61,707 nt of DNA from Basidiobolus meristosporus CBS 931.73 (GCA_002104905.1 MCFE01000529.1:1-61707), one strand, 5' to 3'. Positions 24,064-37,575 are shown, numbered from the stretch's first letter. Program-made: numbers and translations. Notes: generated by a model not told the origin, from the sequence alone.

Positions 24064-25850
24064 ATGGCAGTAATAATATCACCACCACCCACATTAGCAA
24101 GTATGTTGTCAGCTCATACCAAAGCATTAATGAAGCAATTAGGTGCAGTGGCTGAAAGGATAGATGCAATGGCCCAGAGAAATCAGAAAATAGTCCAGAA
24201 ACAGGATGAGCAGATAATACATCTAGAGCAATCAATATACCAGGTAGAGAAAGCAGCATCTTTGCTGCAAAGAAGGAACTCAAGTAGCTCAGTGTCACAG
24301 CCAAGAATTGAGCCATTTCCCAATGTAACAGCAGAGGAACACCATACAGTCTTTGAAGCACAACATCAGTGCCCAAAGATAAAGCCCATAGAAGAACCTA
24401 TCACAGTATGGGAGGGAGACAATGTGGTGTTTATACCAAAGCCTAAAAATCAAAAGACATTAAAGACCTGTGAAGCTGTCAAGTGCAATAATGAAGAGTG
24501 GACTAATATTCAAGGGGCCGTTAGAAGTCCAGGACACCATCACCTTAAGGCTGGCATACCATGGGACCATCAGGAACTCAAGGCCAAGCAGAATGCACTT
24601 GGCTTGATCAATGAGCATTATCCTGGATTCAAACAGGCAAACAGATTTTGGGCCAGCATTGGTATGCTAAGAAAGTATCTTAAGAATAGCAAAACTATCA
24701 AAGGCAGTAGAACAAGGGTGCCATGGCTAAAAATCAGCGGCTCCCTCAAGAGCCTGTTACAAGCAGGGCCAAAAGCTCCAGACAAACATCAAAGAGATGT
24801 CAGGTAGCTGGAAGAGAGCCAATTGGGGACAAGCAGGCAGACATGGATGCACCAGCACAACACTTATCAAAGTAAAAGCATAGTACTGCTCAAAAGGCAC
24901 CCAGTCAAAGTAGCAGTGAAGGAACCAGCAGTGATAAAAACCAGCCGCTTTTACAGGAGCCTGTCACAACTACAGTTCAGAGCTCAAAACAAGCAGAAAA
25001 GAAACATCATCTTGCCAGGAGAGTGCCAGCAAGGGACAAGCAGGCCAAAACAGATGTGTCAGAGCAGAATTTATCCAGGAGAAAATGTACTTCTTACAAG
25101 AAGCATTCAGACAAAGTAGCAGTGAAAGAACTGGCAGTGACAAAGGAAAAGGCAAAGGGAAAAATATCTACCCAAGCCTGAGACAGGGAGGCATGCAAAA
25201 AAAAACTGCAGTACTAGCCAATTAATGCTGCAAGCCAGGAACAGACTGAATCCCATCATAGCCAAGAAGAACTACCAACAAGAAAACAGCTGTTTCCCAT
25301 AAGAGTTGGAAGTGCAGCCAGTTGAGCCACTCTCCAGCAAGGTAGATGAGTTTGCTAAAAAAGGCAATTTGTCTACCACAGCCTCCACATCCTCCATTGT
25401 TGACAGAGTGATGATCCCACTGACTGACAAGGCTACAATGTCAAGAGCTCAAAAGACTATCACAATGCCTTCAGTGGAGTTTTGGAACATTACTAGGCAC
25501 ACCAAGAGGTTGCAGTACTTCTTTAAGAGCAGTGCGCAAGAAAATACACCGGAATATTGCAAGGATTATTTGCAAAGACTGGCAGATGTGGAGCTAGACC
25601 TTACAGTGCTGGCTGAAGGCCAGGATGTGTGGGAACCAGTGAATGAACAGTGGCATAAAGCCATTGGGTTCCCACCAAAGCTGTGGAACCAGAGAGTTAC
25701 AGCAGAAATACTTATTGAGTGGTGGATTTTAATGAAATTGCTTGTTGAGTTGGGGCTGGGCTTAATGTTAGTGTAGGGTATAGGGACTTGGATAGGTCAA
25801 TACAATTGGCAATTGAGGTACAACTGAAGTTTCAATGGAAATAAAACAAT
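24064..25850 (+). pseudogene. CMC companion gene of unknown function: coiled coil, helical domain, repeated linker and conserved C-terminal domain
   Basis: ORFs 24064-24807 and 25306-25776 are conserved in copies B (about 40500-42400) and D/E. The TAG at 24805 is CAG in copy D. Confidence 0.75.
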
Positions 25851-28800
25851 TTGTACGCATAAAAAGTAAGAGAAATAATTGAGCCAGGAAGTAAGGAGTG
25901 TGAGAAAGAGGCAATAGCCAATTAGTTCACACAAACATAGGAGGTGATAGAGTGTCCTGGATCAGAAAGTGAGCAAATTGGTAGGGAACCAATCAAAAGC
26001 CATTTATACATTGTTGTGATGAAAAGTTTTGACTAAGTTTTATGTGAAATCTGGGGTGCAATTATTTTTTAACAGTCTCTAGACGGTGTCCTGACAGGAT
26101 CAGTACCTCTTAATTACAGGACTTTAACTTTGTGATGGCCTTTTGACAGGATCATCTCAATAACTTTTCATAGGGGTGGCATTGTCCAGCAGAACAAGTC
26201 AGCTCAATAGATATTGCAGGTAGGGCAAATATGTAAAATAATGGATGGAAGTGACTTTCCAGGGTAGTATATACATGTCACAATTGGGTGCAAAGTGGTG
26301 TAATAAAGTATGGCAAGTTGGCAAGGTGGCACTATCCAATTAAATGCAATTGGTTGCAATAAAGAGATGGTAAAGTCTCCAGAAACTCAGTAAACAGTTA
26401 TCAATGCACCATATAGCTTTTACCAAATATTAGCTGTGGTTCAAGAGGGTATCTTACAGAGTGATGGGTCTATTGTCCAGGTCTGAGCATCTAGACTGTT
26501 GCCAGGCATATATGGATTTCTACAAAATCAATTCTACCAAAGTCAAGTTGAGCACCAAGAGAGATCCAAGCATTGTAAAGTCAGAGCATTCAATTTCAGA
26601 GGATATAACCATCTTAAGAATGAGTAAGCATATGTTCTAGGAGACTTTTGTTGGTAAGAATCCTCCTACAAGATATAGTGATAGCCGGCACATGCACTAG
26701 CTAACCTGCAAAACATTAGCAGAGCAACAGCAAGATACCAGTAACAAACTGTATGAAATCTAAGCTTGATGTTTTTGATCATAGAAGTCCAGGAGCCTGA
26801 TAGTTGCTATTCAGCTAAGATCCAAGTAACCAAATCCCTGCAAAGCAATTGGTCAAGTAAAGTATTAAGGTATATGTGTAATCTGTAACAAGGTTACAGG
26901 AAGTGTAAAAGGTGATTTAGGGAGCTGAAAGGATTGTGCAAAACCAACTTGTTTTTTTGAACTATTCTTACTTCTGGGAAGCTTCATCAAGTTAATGATA
27001 AGCAAGATCCCAAGACCAGAATGCTGAATGTGGGGGTTTTAAGACAATTCTCCAAAGTCTTGATAGCCAACAAGCCTTTGTCATTTTAAAAATTGCCTAA
27101 TATCTGACAAAATGGACCAAGTAGGATCTACAGTGATTTGAAGGAGCTTATAAAAAGCTCGTGTTCTTACATTTTCACAACCCGGGGATGCTTCCATGCA
27201 GCATGGTATTGCCTCCTCTATCCAAAATTCTTCCGACCAACTCTAAATGAAGAAGTGATCCAAGAGATCGTAGATGCCAAATCGCACAATATTTGTCATA
27301 TTTCTTGAGCGGAGGCGAGGGCTTTCAAGGAATGAAGAACAACTTGCTCTCAGAAAGCAACATGCTGCATATTAATATGAGTAGCTGTCAACCTGTGGGC
27401 CATATGTCTAATGGCTATCACGGGACGCCGTTCATTTAGTTGTAGTTAAGATTAGAACAGAGCCTAGCGAGGTCCAAATTAATTTCCGATCCACTCAACA
27501 ACTGGGCAGTCTCATTCCTACAGAAAATAGCATTAAATTGACAGTTTCCAATGCCATCCATATGCACTCACCTCAGACGCAGTCAGTGGCGATTTTCATC
27601 TACCTTTTCTCGGTGATCACTACGAGTGTATTGACAATCGATTACACACCAATTCCTAGATAGCCACCTTGCGCACAGGAAATACATCATGATTTGACGC
27701 ACAAACAGGCTGAGATGATGCCTCATATACATATTAACCCCACTCTGTGGCCTCAACAGGTCCATGATTCATAGTCTGATTTAGCCCCAGAGCTGTCGGA
27801 AGCTATTTCAAATTCCCAGGAGAACCAACTGGACTACAACTTGCAGTAAGTCCACTAGCATCTGCCAGGGTGATTGTGCTGTTATGGGAAGTAGTAGGTT
27901 GCATGACGCTGATCAGATGCATGATGGCTATATCGCATATCAGCCAACGCTATTGGCCACAATGATAAATGCTGGAAGGCGATTCGGACTCGTGTCGCAG
28001 TAATCCTCAATACCAGGCACAACAATGGACCACAGCCATTGCTCCAACCTGTATTTGCTCATCACCATTGCGTGCATTCCGAAGAACAATCCACAAACGA
28101 GTACCATAAGCTAGATTGCAATTTTGGCTGCTGTGAGGGACGTGATAGGTGGAAATCTAGGTGCATTGTGGATAATAGTCACGGTGGATGCCTCGGAATA
28201 ACAGCATTTTGGATCGATGGTGCTCCAACACCCGGCCAATGGTCGTATGGGTGGAATGCGACCTTTCTGCATATGACAATATTACATTAACATGCCCCAT
28301 GCATTCACCTAAAAACCATCGATAATTGCCACATCTGCCGAGCGATAGGTAACAAAACAGAGCGCAAGGGATGCAGGGTAATATTGCTTTGAGATGCACT
28401 GCTTTGTGCCATGCAGGATCAGGGACGGATCTATTGTGCGCGACAAATCTGATTAGTTTCTGCGAGAAACACGATGACTTAGACAAGGTAAGGCCTGGGT
28501 GCTTCGGTAGATTTCAATATGGTAATTGTCCACATTCCTCCGGGTAGAGGTGTGCAGGGTAAATTGCATCAGCATGAGCATTATGAATGTGTAACGATGA
28601 GACAACACCCAGAGTTTCCAATCAAACTGCTGCCATTATCATCAGCTGGGCTGTTTTACTCCACAGCCTATTCGAAGGACGGTTTCTCAATAAGAACTTG
28701 GTGAATCCACTAGCGGCGCTTTCAGAATGAGATCCCACTAGAAACCATTGGTGAGGCAGCCTCAAACCAACCTACAGCCCCGCCATTCGCTCGATAAGTG

Positions 28801-31800
28801 CAACACCGTTTTCAAGCTTCATTTACTAGCCAAGACTGGTGTCTGTCAACAGTTTGCTGTCTAGATCTACGGAAGCCAACCGAGATCAGATCTGTGATCG
28901 CTGGGTGGCCCCCACCAATCATGGCGAAGACCTCACTGTGATCAGGCACCAACTCTATTAGTGTGGTGTTAGATGACACACGCTGATTGCATATATTATT
29001 ATCTATGTATTTGTTGAACCGTAAACGAAAACCTAGATCCACAAAGCTTGTACTCCTTGCTCACCCTTCGATCGCAATCCAGTGTTTTCAGGTGCTACCA
29101 ACCCACCGGGCTGCGGCATTTAGGACGAAGAATGCCGAATATATCGATGCCTTTCATTACTATCGCATCGCACGCTTCACAGCCATCAGAATGTTCATTA
29201 AATAATCCCAGCCCCGTAATTGGCGAACACTTTGTCAGGGGTGTCGAACTCGAGATGCATCGAACGCCATTCTCCGGTTTCTGAATAGGACGATCGTGAA
29301 GCCTAACCTTTCTTTCCTCAGTGGCCGAATTGGTTTCTGCTCATCTACAGCCTAATCCCGAACTCCCGATTTGTAGGAGTCCTCTAGGACTAGACTCAGT
29401 TCCCAAAACGGCGCCAATTGCCACTAGGTTTTAGCCGTTAACCTTCTCTGTTCTCCAATTCATCCTTGGCATGGACTGCCTTTGAGAGGCATACGCCCAC
29501 GCAATCTTGGGGGATGCTCCAGTGCCTCTGAGGGTGAATCCTTGGACACAATTGCCAAGCCATACACGGGGCTCATTGTCTAAATATGCATCTTGATCTG
29601 TATTTGATCAGAAATAGGCTGAGATGGAATAGTCATAGCAGCCACCGCCTATCAATATCATAAGCAATTCTTAGCGATTATCTTGAAGCTCATTCCAGCA
29701 TTCCAAGGACGATTCAAACCACCGATGGGGTGACTACATGCGCCTGCCTGAATGCATCCGGACTATCGATCTATGAGCTTCAACTAGATATTTCGCCATC
29801 AGCCAAAGAGGGCAGGGTAGGTCCTGGCGTTGCAATCACTGCCGCAAGCTGTGGAGCAGAAAGTAGTGACCAATGGAGTTGTGTTGCAGGGGCAATTGGC
29901 TTTCTTGCTGATCTTCGGCATCTGCGTAGTATGTCCAGGAGGAGCAGGCTGATGATCAGAATTCAAGTTACCTTTTGTGCAATCCAAGTGTTGTAACTGG
30001 TTGCGCCGAATAACCTGTTTGCTTGTACTCCTGTACCGGCTTGAGGCACCGTCAAAGCAAGTTCCTACAAACCTAGCATGATGGTGAGGTATCCATTTCG
30101 TGAAACACACCGAATACGCTGCCCGCTGAGATAATATTGGCTGTGCCCGGGTTTGACCCGTGGATTTGAGCAATTTAACGTTGTACAGCCTTAGTGGTAC
30201 CTATGGTAATGGCGAATATCATCACCCCGATAGCTGTAGATAAGTGCTTACCAAATAGCGCCGGCCAGCGTTGTCGAAGCCAAAAGAGCAGTCATAAGCA
30301 CTGGGGGCATCGAGAAGGCTATAACTCCATCCATCTTCGATAGCTTCGTCCTTTCCGCGGTGTGGGGTATTGGAGAGACGCCAAGGCTTGCACCCGCCTC
30401 CATTCTTCCACTAGAACTCCTTTCATAATGGGCCTTTCTTGAATCTCCTGAATGAGCGATATGTGCAACTCCATAGCACCATCTGAATTCAATGGCTATC
30501 GGGGGCTGAGGGATTGGCATTGGTATTGGTAGCAGCATTCCATGGATTCATAAAGGCTGGCTGGCCAATGAGGGGCCATCACCCCGCAGCATCGTACTAA
30601 TTTAAATTATGCTTATTTCGGGAATCGGTCAATTTTTGAGCGATTCTTTCTGGCGATTACGCCCTCATCCCCCAATAGTTGTGTCGATGAACAAACATCT
30701 GGTCAAAGCACTAACTAGTGTCACTGTCGGCTCTATCCTAATCCATCAACGCTCGTAAAAGCGATTAAGTAATATCATATGCCTATTCAACACAGATGCG
30801 TAGGCGGCTCTCCAAATGCCTAAAAAAGGGCGTGGATATTCCTGCCTAGTCAGTCACCTATGACATGTTGCTTAGGGGGGTCATGCGATAAATGGGCCAA
30901 CTCATCCATAGCAGTGACCCTACACTGACCATTTCAGGTTTGGCATCCCATATACTGCAAAAGAACTTGCCAAATGTCACCAGCACTTATCAGGTCCTCG
31001 TGGACAATCCCGCCTGATAAGTATAAGGAAATACGGGTTCACATTGGTGCGTCAGAGTAGGGCGTCTGGATTTTGCTTGCCTGTCCTTCGCCAGAGTGGA
31101 GGGTATGATTCAACTGTAGTCCAGGCGATTCCATGAAGAGTCGTCACTCCACATCAGGCGGCCCGCTAAAAATCAACCGATCTGGGCCTACATTCCCACT
31201 TCATGGATCGCTCCCCCGCAGAGTTCTCCTTGCCGCTTGGATGTGCTTGGCCAACAGCCTACGTCTGCCTAGCGCCGATGCGTCTATCCCGAGCCTCATA
31301 CCAATGCGATGTTCCCTTCATTCATTTGAGTGCAGGAGCGGCCGTCTATTGTAAGACCTCTCTCGGCTGCATCCAACAGTCCGCTTCTTCTTTGGGCTGG
31401 GATTATCAGGAGTCTGGTCATTCTTACCTCACCATGATCAACATGAGACCAGTTCCAGCGAGATCAGGGTGCTGGGTAGTCAGAGAAACCAAGGTGCTGG
31501 GTGTAAGGTCGTAGTTCCAAAAGATCCTACCGTGGGCTTTTCTACGAATTCCCAACTCAACCCATCCGATGTCCCCACCCTCACCAGCCCCACAGCACAG
31601 TGGCCTCGTGGTGGGAGAAATGGGTGGGACTTGATGTTACACTGATTTGGAGGAACTATACGTTTATGTTTGATTTTGTTCAGAACGATAAACATCGTAC
31701 AATATTTACAGGGAATGAATGGAATGGGCCATTGCTCGTAATGCCATCGAGATGCGGGATCCCATGCGATGACGGGAGGAGGGTCAGGTTAACATGGTTA

Positions 31801-32004
31801 TGCAGATGGAGTCTGGGTGTAGGATAGATATGGAAGGCTGGGCTATGTTATGAATAATGTTAAGGATGAGAAGGTGGCCGAAGACATTAGAGAAGATGCC
31901 TAATCAAATAATATGCTCCGTTGGGTGAGTCGGGGAATGTACATTTTTTGTGGGAAGAAATGGTATAGGTATAAGCTCTCGTATGGGTCGCGGGTGATTC
32001 AGTC

Positions 32005-32739
32005 TCACGCAACAAGCACGGAAACGGGGGCGGGCTTCAGAAACCCTCTCTGCAATACGCCCAGTGGGACATTATCATCTTTATCAACGACCTTGCCCTC
32101 CACGGAGGAGTAGGGCGGTGGAGGAGTGGAGAGCCGCTGAACCATGGGGTATGAGCGACGACGTGATATAGGGCCATTTCGATTGACGCTTTTGGCTGCG
32201 GCAAGTCTTTGCTCGCGAGCCAGCTGTGCGGGGTGGATTCCTTCACTTTTCAGCCTGATGGTAGCCTTTGTGATAGTTTGATGAATGAGCAACACCTGCA
32301 CCAGAGGGCGTCGAGCTGACTGTTGTAGCTTCTGTAGGCTGACCTTGTAAGCGTGCTGGGGCACCGGAGCATCATTAACTACCTTCGGGATGGTAGTGTC
32401 GGAGACCGATCTTCTAGCAGGGTTCTTAGCTACTGTTATGACCACGGGGCTCTCTGCAGCTGTAATCTTTACGGGTTCAATAAGTGGGGCGGTGGTTGGT
32501 TTCGATTTCTTCAAATACGAGGGGAAGCTAAAGAATCGCCTGCTAGGCTTCTCCGCAACCTCGGAAGGGACAGGAGCAAGCACGGGGGATTTCTCACGCG
32601 GGGTTTCCGGAGGGGAAATCTTGGCTCCATTTTCAGGTAGGAAAATCCCTGAAAGTCTACGCTTCAGAGAAGATTTGTTGGATTTATTCTCAGCGGGCAT
32701 GTTCAAGAGTGTAGAGAATTGGGATGTTTTGGTGACCAT
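32005..32739 (-). CDS. Hypothetical Ser/Pro-rich protein (244 aa, or 231 aa from the ATG at 32700) with a Zds_C-like motif and a PPPY motif
   Basis: Long intronless ORF with gene-like composition. YKVSLQKLQQSARRPLVQVLL resembles the Zds C-terminal pattern Y.LS..KL.NPRRPL..QVLL. Also has TPPPPY and DDNVPLG. Confidence 0.75.
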   Translation of the reverse strand: MVTKTSQFSTLLNMPAENKSNKSSLKRRLSGIFLPENGAKISPPETPREKSPVLAPVPSEVAEKPSRRFFSFPSYLKKSKPTTAPLIEPVKITAAESPVVITVAKNPARRSVSDTTIPKVVNDAPVPQHAYKVSLQKLQQSARRPLVQVLLIHQTITKATIRLKSEGIHPAQLAREQRLAAAKSVNRNGPISRRRSYPMVQRLSTPPPPYSSVEGKVVDKDDNVPLGVLQRGFLKPAPVSVLVA

Positions 32740-33849
32740 GAAAAATTGCGAACAAGGGAAGATGGGAAATGAGATACAAGAAAAAATACGAATACACTGA
32801 GTAGAGATTAGCGTCCGTTGGGTTGAACCGACTTAGGAACAGTAAAGATCCCACTTGGATAGATACACAAATAGAGAGAGGAAGGAATGGTAGGGAACCA
32901 CCCAGCAGAACAGTGACGCTTTATACTGTGTCGGCGGTAGGTGTATCGCGATTTCGTCATGATCAAGTAAGGCAATCCTACGGGATCTATGACAACCAAG
33001 TAGCCACACCTCATATCCATATATCTATTAGGAGATCTCAAGTACCGTGATCAAATATATTTGCATGAACTCCGAACTGGATGACCCACATAAAATATGC
33101 TATTTGATGTACTTATCCAATTGATTTCTGGTACCCCAAAACTTACAATCAATCTTCAAATTAAGCATTACGTTGTACGCCATAGTGAGTCTTAAGTTTG
33201 ATTTCTTGCATGCTGGTCGAATTTTATCGGAGTTCAACTCTTGGGGCTGATGATGCACTTTCCCATCAATTTTACGCCAATCACGCCCACGATTCGAACA
33301 AACCGTAGCAACTTCTACAAACGAGCCGGCCCAAATTGAATGCAGTATCTAGCAGTGGCACTTGGTAATCAGCCTGAGGGTAAGTCGAAGTGGTGGGGTA
33401 GCGGAAAACCATCGAGTTGTGCAGAGCCCGATGTTTGTTGGCCCCTGAATGTCGGTGGCTTTGGCAGTTGTGATCTACAAATTGACGTGAGGGACGCTGC
33501 CATCCGCCACAGCGAACCTCATGCTCGATGGAGCAAACTGAATGGACAGCAGACAAGTATTGACGCTGGCACGAAGACAAAGCTCCTGCAGTACGCTTTC
33601 CTAAAGAGCGTGTGTTACACAGGAAGCAGTGGTTTTTTTCAACCATGCTGAGCATTGTCACTTGGTCGAGGATGGCGAATGTTCAGGAGATCGGAGATTT
33701 CAGCGGTGCCCATTCCTAACATTAATAAATTGGAGGTCAATCTAACTGGACCTTGCTGCAACACAAAATTTCTCTGATTCCATGGAATCGATCAAATGGC
33801 ACCAATCTCTCCCTTACGGCCGCTGCCCGCCTGACAAATCAGCACCCAG

Positions 33850-36800
33850 TGAATCAGGGATCCTTGAACAGGCTTCATGGAGAGTGCATTCCAATCCTTG
33901 CGTTTCAATAACGATAGGGGATCGTGTTTCCCATGTAACATGAACCTACCTGCCCATGGCAGGTGGTACCACGATCAGGTAAACTCCCTCCATCAGAGTT
34001 ACACCGGAAAATGGCCCAGCTTGTGTTCAGCTGACCAGCTCGCCATTTGGTCTGAAATCCATGACTGAAGCCATTCCAGATGTGAGATGTTGAGCAAATG
34101 ATTCCTCCATAAAGAGCAAATATGTGATGGTATCACTGGGGGATTGGCCGGATGGCAATCCGCTTGCCCTGATAAATCCTCATTGTGGACAAACTGGTGT
34201 TGGCTGAACGTTTCGCCAGAGACAAGTGACCTTGGGCAGCCTGTTGACCGCTATCCACCAATCCCTGAGATGGTATCCGAAGTTCCCGGAAACCCAGACG
34301 GATTCCCACAGCATCAGGTCGCCTGTGGTTTACACGCGCATGAAATCCGCCCTGTTATCCTGCTCCGGCGGCCAGATGCGCAACGAAACAGGCTTCCACC
34401 AGCACCCTACATGCTCTTCAAGGGCCAAGTTCGCCCACTGCATAAGAGGTTAGGCCGCGCTGAGCCATCCTGATTACTACACGTCGATGTTGCAACTAAT
34501 CCCAAAGGTCGTCGAACGACATTATGGGGCCACCTTCCAATCATGTACTATTTCTCTTCTGTGTCATCACTACGCCAACCGATCCTACTGAACATCCTAA
34601 ATCATCGGAGAACGAATCCTCGATGATTTCCGGGCTGCTCAGACCGCCAGGGTAGTTTGCCAGGGCAGGTAACATGGTGAAATGGCGGATGGCTGATATC
34701 GGTTGGCATTATTACCCCGATTGGAATGATTGGGTTGATGGGCCTGCTATTGGATCAATAGGGAAATGAATTCCCTGATCGTGTCGCTTCGAGGGAATCC
34801 AATATGCCAAGCGATTCTACAGGTGCGGATCCGTCTGGTCCTGGATTGTGAATCGTCCATTGTAGAGAGATTGTCGCCCATCCTGAGCATCCCATTGGCC
34901 CAATCAATCCAGCCAGTGCGACATGGTTCACAGTGGCACCACGATGCAGCCAACTGCTCGCTATTCGAGTTCGCTTGGAGCTCTCTCCGTGTTCGAGAAT
35001 TCCAAATGCCTCCAGGGCCTATAACCCATTTGTGATCCGCTGGGTGTTGGGTGCTCTCCTTGAAACCATTCCTGGAGACACCGGCGGCGCTTCCACCCTG
35101 GCCACTCTCTCCAACCGACGCCGCCACCGGGTCATACGGATTGGCGATTCGGTGGTGATGAGGGCGCGCCTCGACTGATGGTTAATGGCGCCTTCAATAT
35201 AGCGCTATGTCGCTTTTGGCCAAGCTAGAAGGAGCCAACGCTACCTTGCAAAATGGCCACCATTGGCAGCGTCCTCTGTGGGGTGATATGAAGGATTTAG
35301 AATCCGTCGCGATGTTGTACAATTCCATTGGAGGATTAATATGGTGTCTCTCCGCATGCTATCCCCTTGCTAATCGGAGGCAGGCCAAACTAGGAATCCC
35401 GCGGATGCCTTGTGCCCGTACCGTGTCACCCCAACCCATACCAGCAGCCCCCGTATGCCTGATTGTCTGTCGAGCCCCCATCTCGAATGGGGATGCGTAC
35501 ACATTGAGTTGATTGTCATCCATGAGACCACCAGGTACGGTTTTGTTGGGTATGGGACTGGCTTTTCATGCACGCATTCATTTGCCTCACCAAAACAATG
35601 CAGTGCACTCTGGTTGACCGCGAGACCATATGGTAAGTGATTCAAGCCGCTCGTTGCGGGTGTTGGTGGTATTCGGCCACCAACACCCACTTCCCCAAAA
35701 TACTCGCGGATATCACTTGGTGGTGAAGAGGTTGCAGTGGCCGCAGAAGCTTTAGAGTTGGGCCAGCTGGATTGGGATGCTGACTTGCAGATGCCACTGA
35801 TTAGCAGCCGCATGATCATCCAGAGCGCGGCGGCCCACCTAAACCTGCTATTGGTTTCTTAATGCCCAGCAGGACGGTGGGGTTTAGGCTGCTAGAGGTC
35901 AGAGGGTAGGTTGGTATTCGTGAAGCGTCACTTGGTAGCATTGAGCCAGTCCAAGGGGTGCCCAGGAATCAATGGTTTGGGATCACCGATACCATATCGG
36001 TAAGTGTCATTACAAACCAATAGTCACCTCATCTTGCTTGAGTAACTCGGCCCATGCCGCACTTTAATTCTACCTCTATTGACTGTGATCTCCTATCTTC
36101 CAGAGATCTAATTGCAGGTGGCCAGCGCTCAATCGACGACTTTTGTTAGGCATCTGTGAAGGTGGAAACTTTAGTCTCTCCGGCATACATGAGCCCAAAA
36201 AGACGAGCGTTTCAAGTCAGGGAAGCTTAGTCCCTGTAGTGACACGCCGTTTCGGCTTGTTCCTCGGCGACCACCATACCAACCATAGGTGTCCGTTACA
36301 TGGATACACTTGTGTCGATTGTCCGCTGATTGATGCCCCGCCCGAGTAGCTGAGATGGAGGCTCTTGAGAGCCCACGGGAGAAAATAGGCCGGAAAAAGC
36401 TCGGATGAAGCTCGCCAGTGGATCAGCATGTCGCGGAAGGTGCCGCATCGTCACGATCTCACACCGCTCTCGACGAATCTGCGCGGTGACCATCCTCATT
36501 CCATTCTGTGTGTGCAGAGGTTTGGTGTTGATGAATCGGCTGCACCTCGACCATTTCATGTATTCGCGCACAATAATCGGGGATTTGGCTCGACCTCATT
36601 ATGATCGCTTATAGATGGGAGCCCAAATCGGGCCACCATCCTTTCCCACATTTGGCCTGGCCGTTGATGAGCCTCCCATTCGAGAGACCCAAACCGCAGG
36701 TTCAGGGGCCGGATATGTCGGGTCATAGGCTAGGTGCGGCTGGAGGCGCGGGGATACCGTGCTCAAGATTGGGTCTCTTGAGCGCACCACGGGATCTTTA
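33850..36800 (-). pseudogene. Ancient L1-like LINE ORF2 relic; boundaries uncertain
   Basis: About 34100-34330 reads LMLWESVW...HLRDWWIAVNRLPKVTCLWRNVQPTPVCPQ*...SDTITYLLF, a zf-RVT pattern. About 36600 has an SDH motif followed by INTKPL, like the end of an APE endonuclease. About 35960 has FLGTP. Many stops and frameshifts. Confidence 0.5.
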
Positions 36801-36867
36801 CTATGGCACATTTGATATATTTCTCATCAGAATACTGCTCACCCCAAGCTAAAAGAATTGTCAGAGC

Positions 36868-37575
36868 AGTTGTAAGTTTCGTAATTACACCTAAACATTC
36901 ACCTAACTTGGCCACTTAGATCATTGTCTACAAATTTCAGAGAATTCTGCCCAAATTCCTTGTCGAGATTTACTTGGAATATTTCCACCAAAACATCAGG
37001 TACCCAGAACATGAAAAATTGTCATGTTGTCCAAACAGTCCAGAACTTTGCATACATGCTCTTGGGACCTTCCTAAACATATTCTACATACTTGTTCTGC
37101 CAAGACAATGTAAGAGTATATATATTACTCTTACATTGGATAAATCTTTAAGGGGAAACAACATAATCTACAGGTCCCCCCAGTCACTTCCAGTATCTCA
37201 AAGACTCTTACAGCAGGATAGGAGCCCCAAGCTGTTACTCTCCAGAAGGCATACTACTGCTATTACTGAAACTTCACTCTCTGCTGAATACTTGGATGGA
37301 TCTAACCACCAAGTTGGAAGGTAAAGATGAAGATGATGCTGCAGAATAGAGGCCTTTGGGATGTTATCATGGGTGAAGAATGTCCTTCTAAAGGTGTAAA
37401 TGAAGAAGCCTGAAATACCAGATAACAGAACAAAGTGTTTGTCAATGCATGTGTCTTGATGTTAAGACATATTGATAAATCAATGATCCAGAGCAAAAGC
37501 AGCCAGGAATGCCTGGAGGGCATTAGAAGACACCTATCAGCTATATTCATTTGACAACAAGCTATATCTTGGACA
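36868..37575 (+). mobile_element. Old copia relic: 5' LTR (36868-37215), degenerate PBS and gag 5' part
   Basis: Homologous to the reverse complement of 5148-5497. Followed by GGATAGGAGCCCC and TTAITETSLSAEYLDGSNHQVG...KMMLQNRGLWDV. Confidence 0.88.

Larger units (their letters stand above)
20731..26175. mobile_element. Complete CMC/EnSpm(CACTA)-like DNA transposon, copy A (5.4 kb), two divergent genes; extra left end at 20604-20730
   Basis: Termini CCCTATGAAAA (20731) and TTTTCATAGGG (26175) fit the CMC consensus CMCWR. Carries a Tnp2-type transposase and a second gene. Homologous copies lie at 37.6-52.5 kb. Confidence 0.85.

Noticed and set aside
32390-32800. 136-aa plus-strand ORF
   Set aside because: Antisense to the 244-aa gene and without recognisable features.
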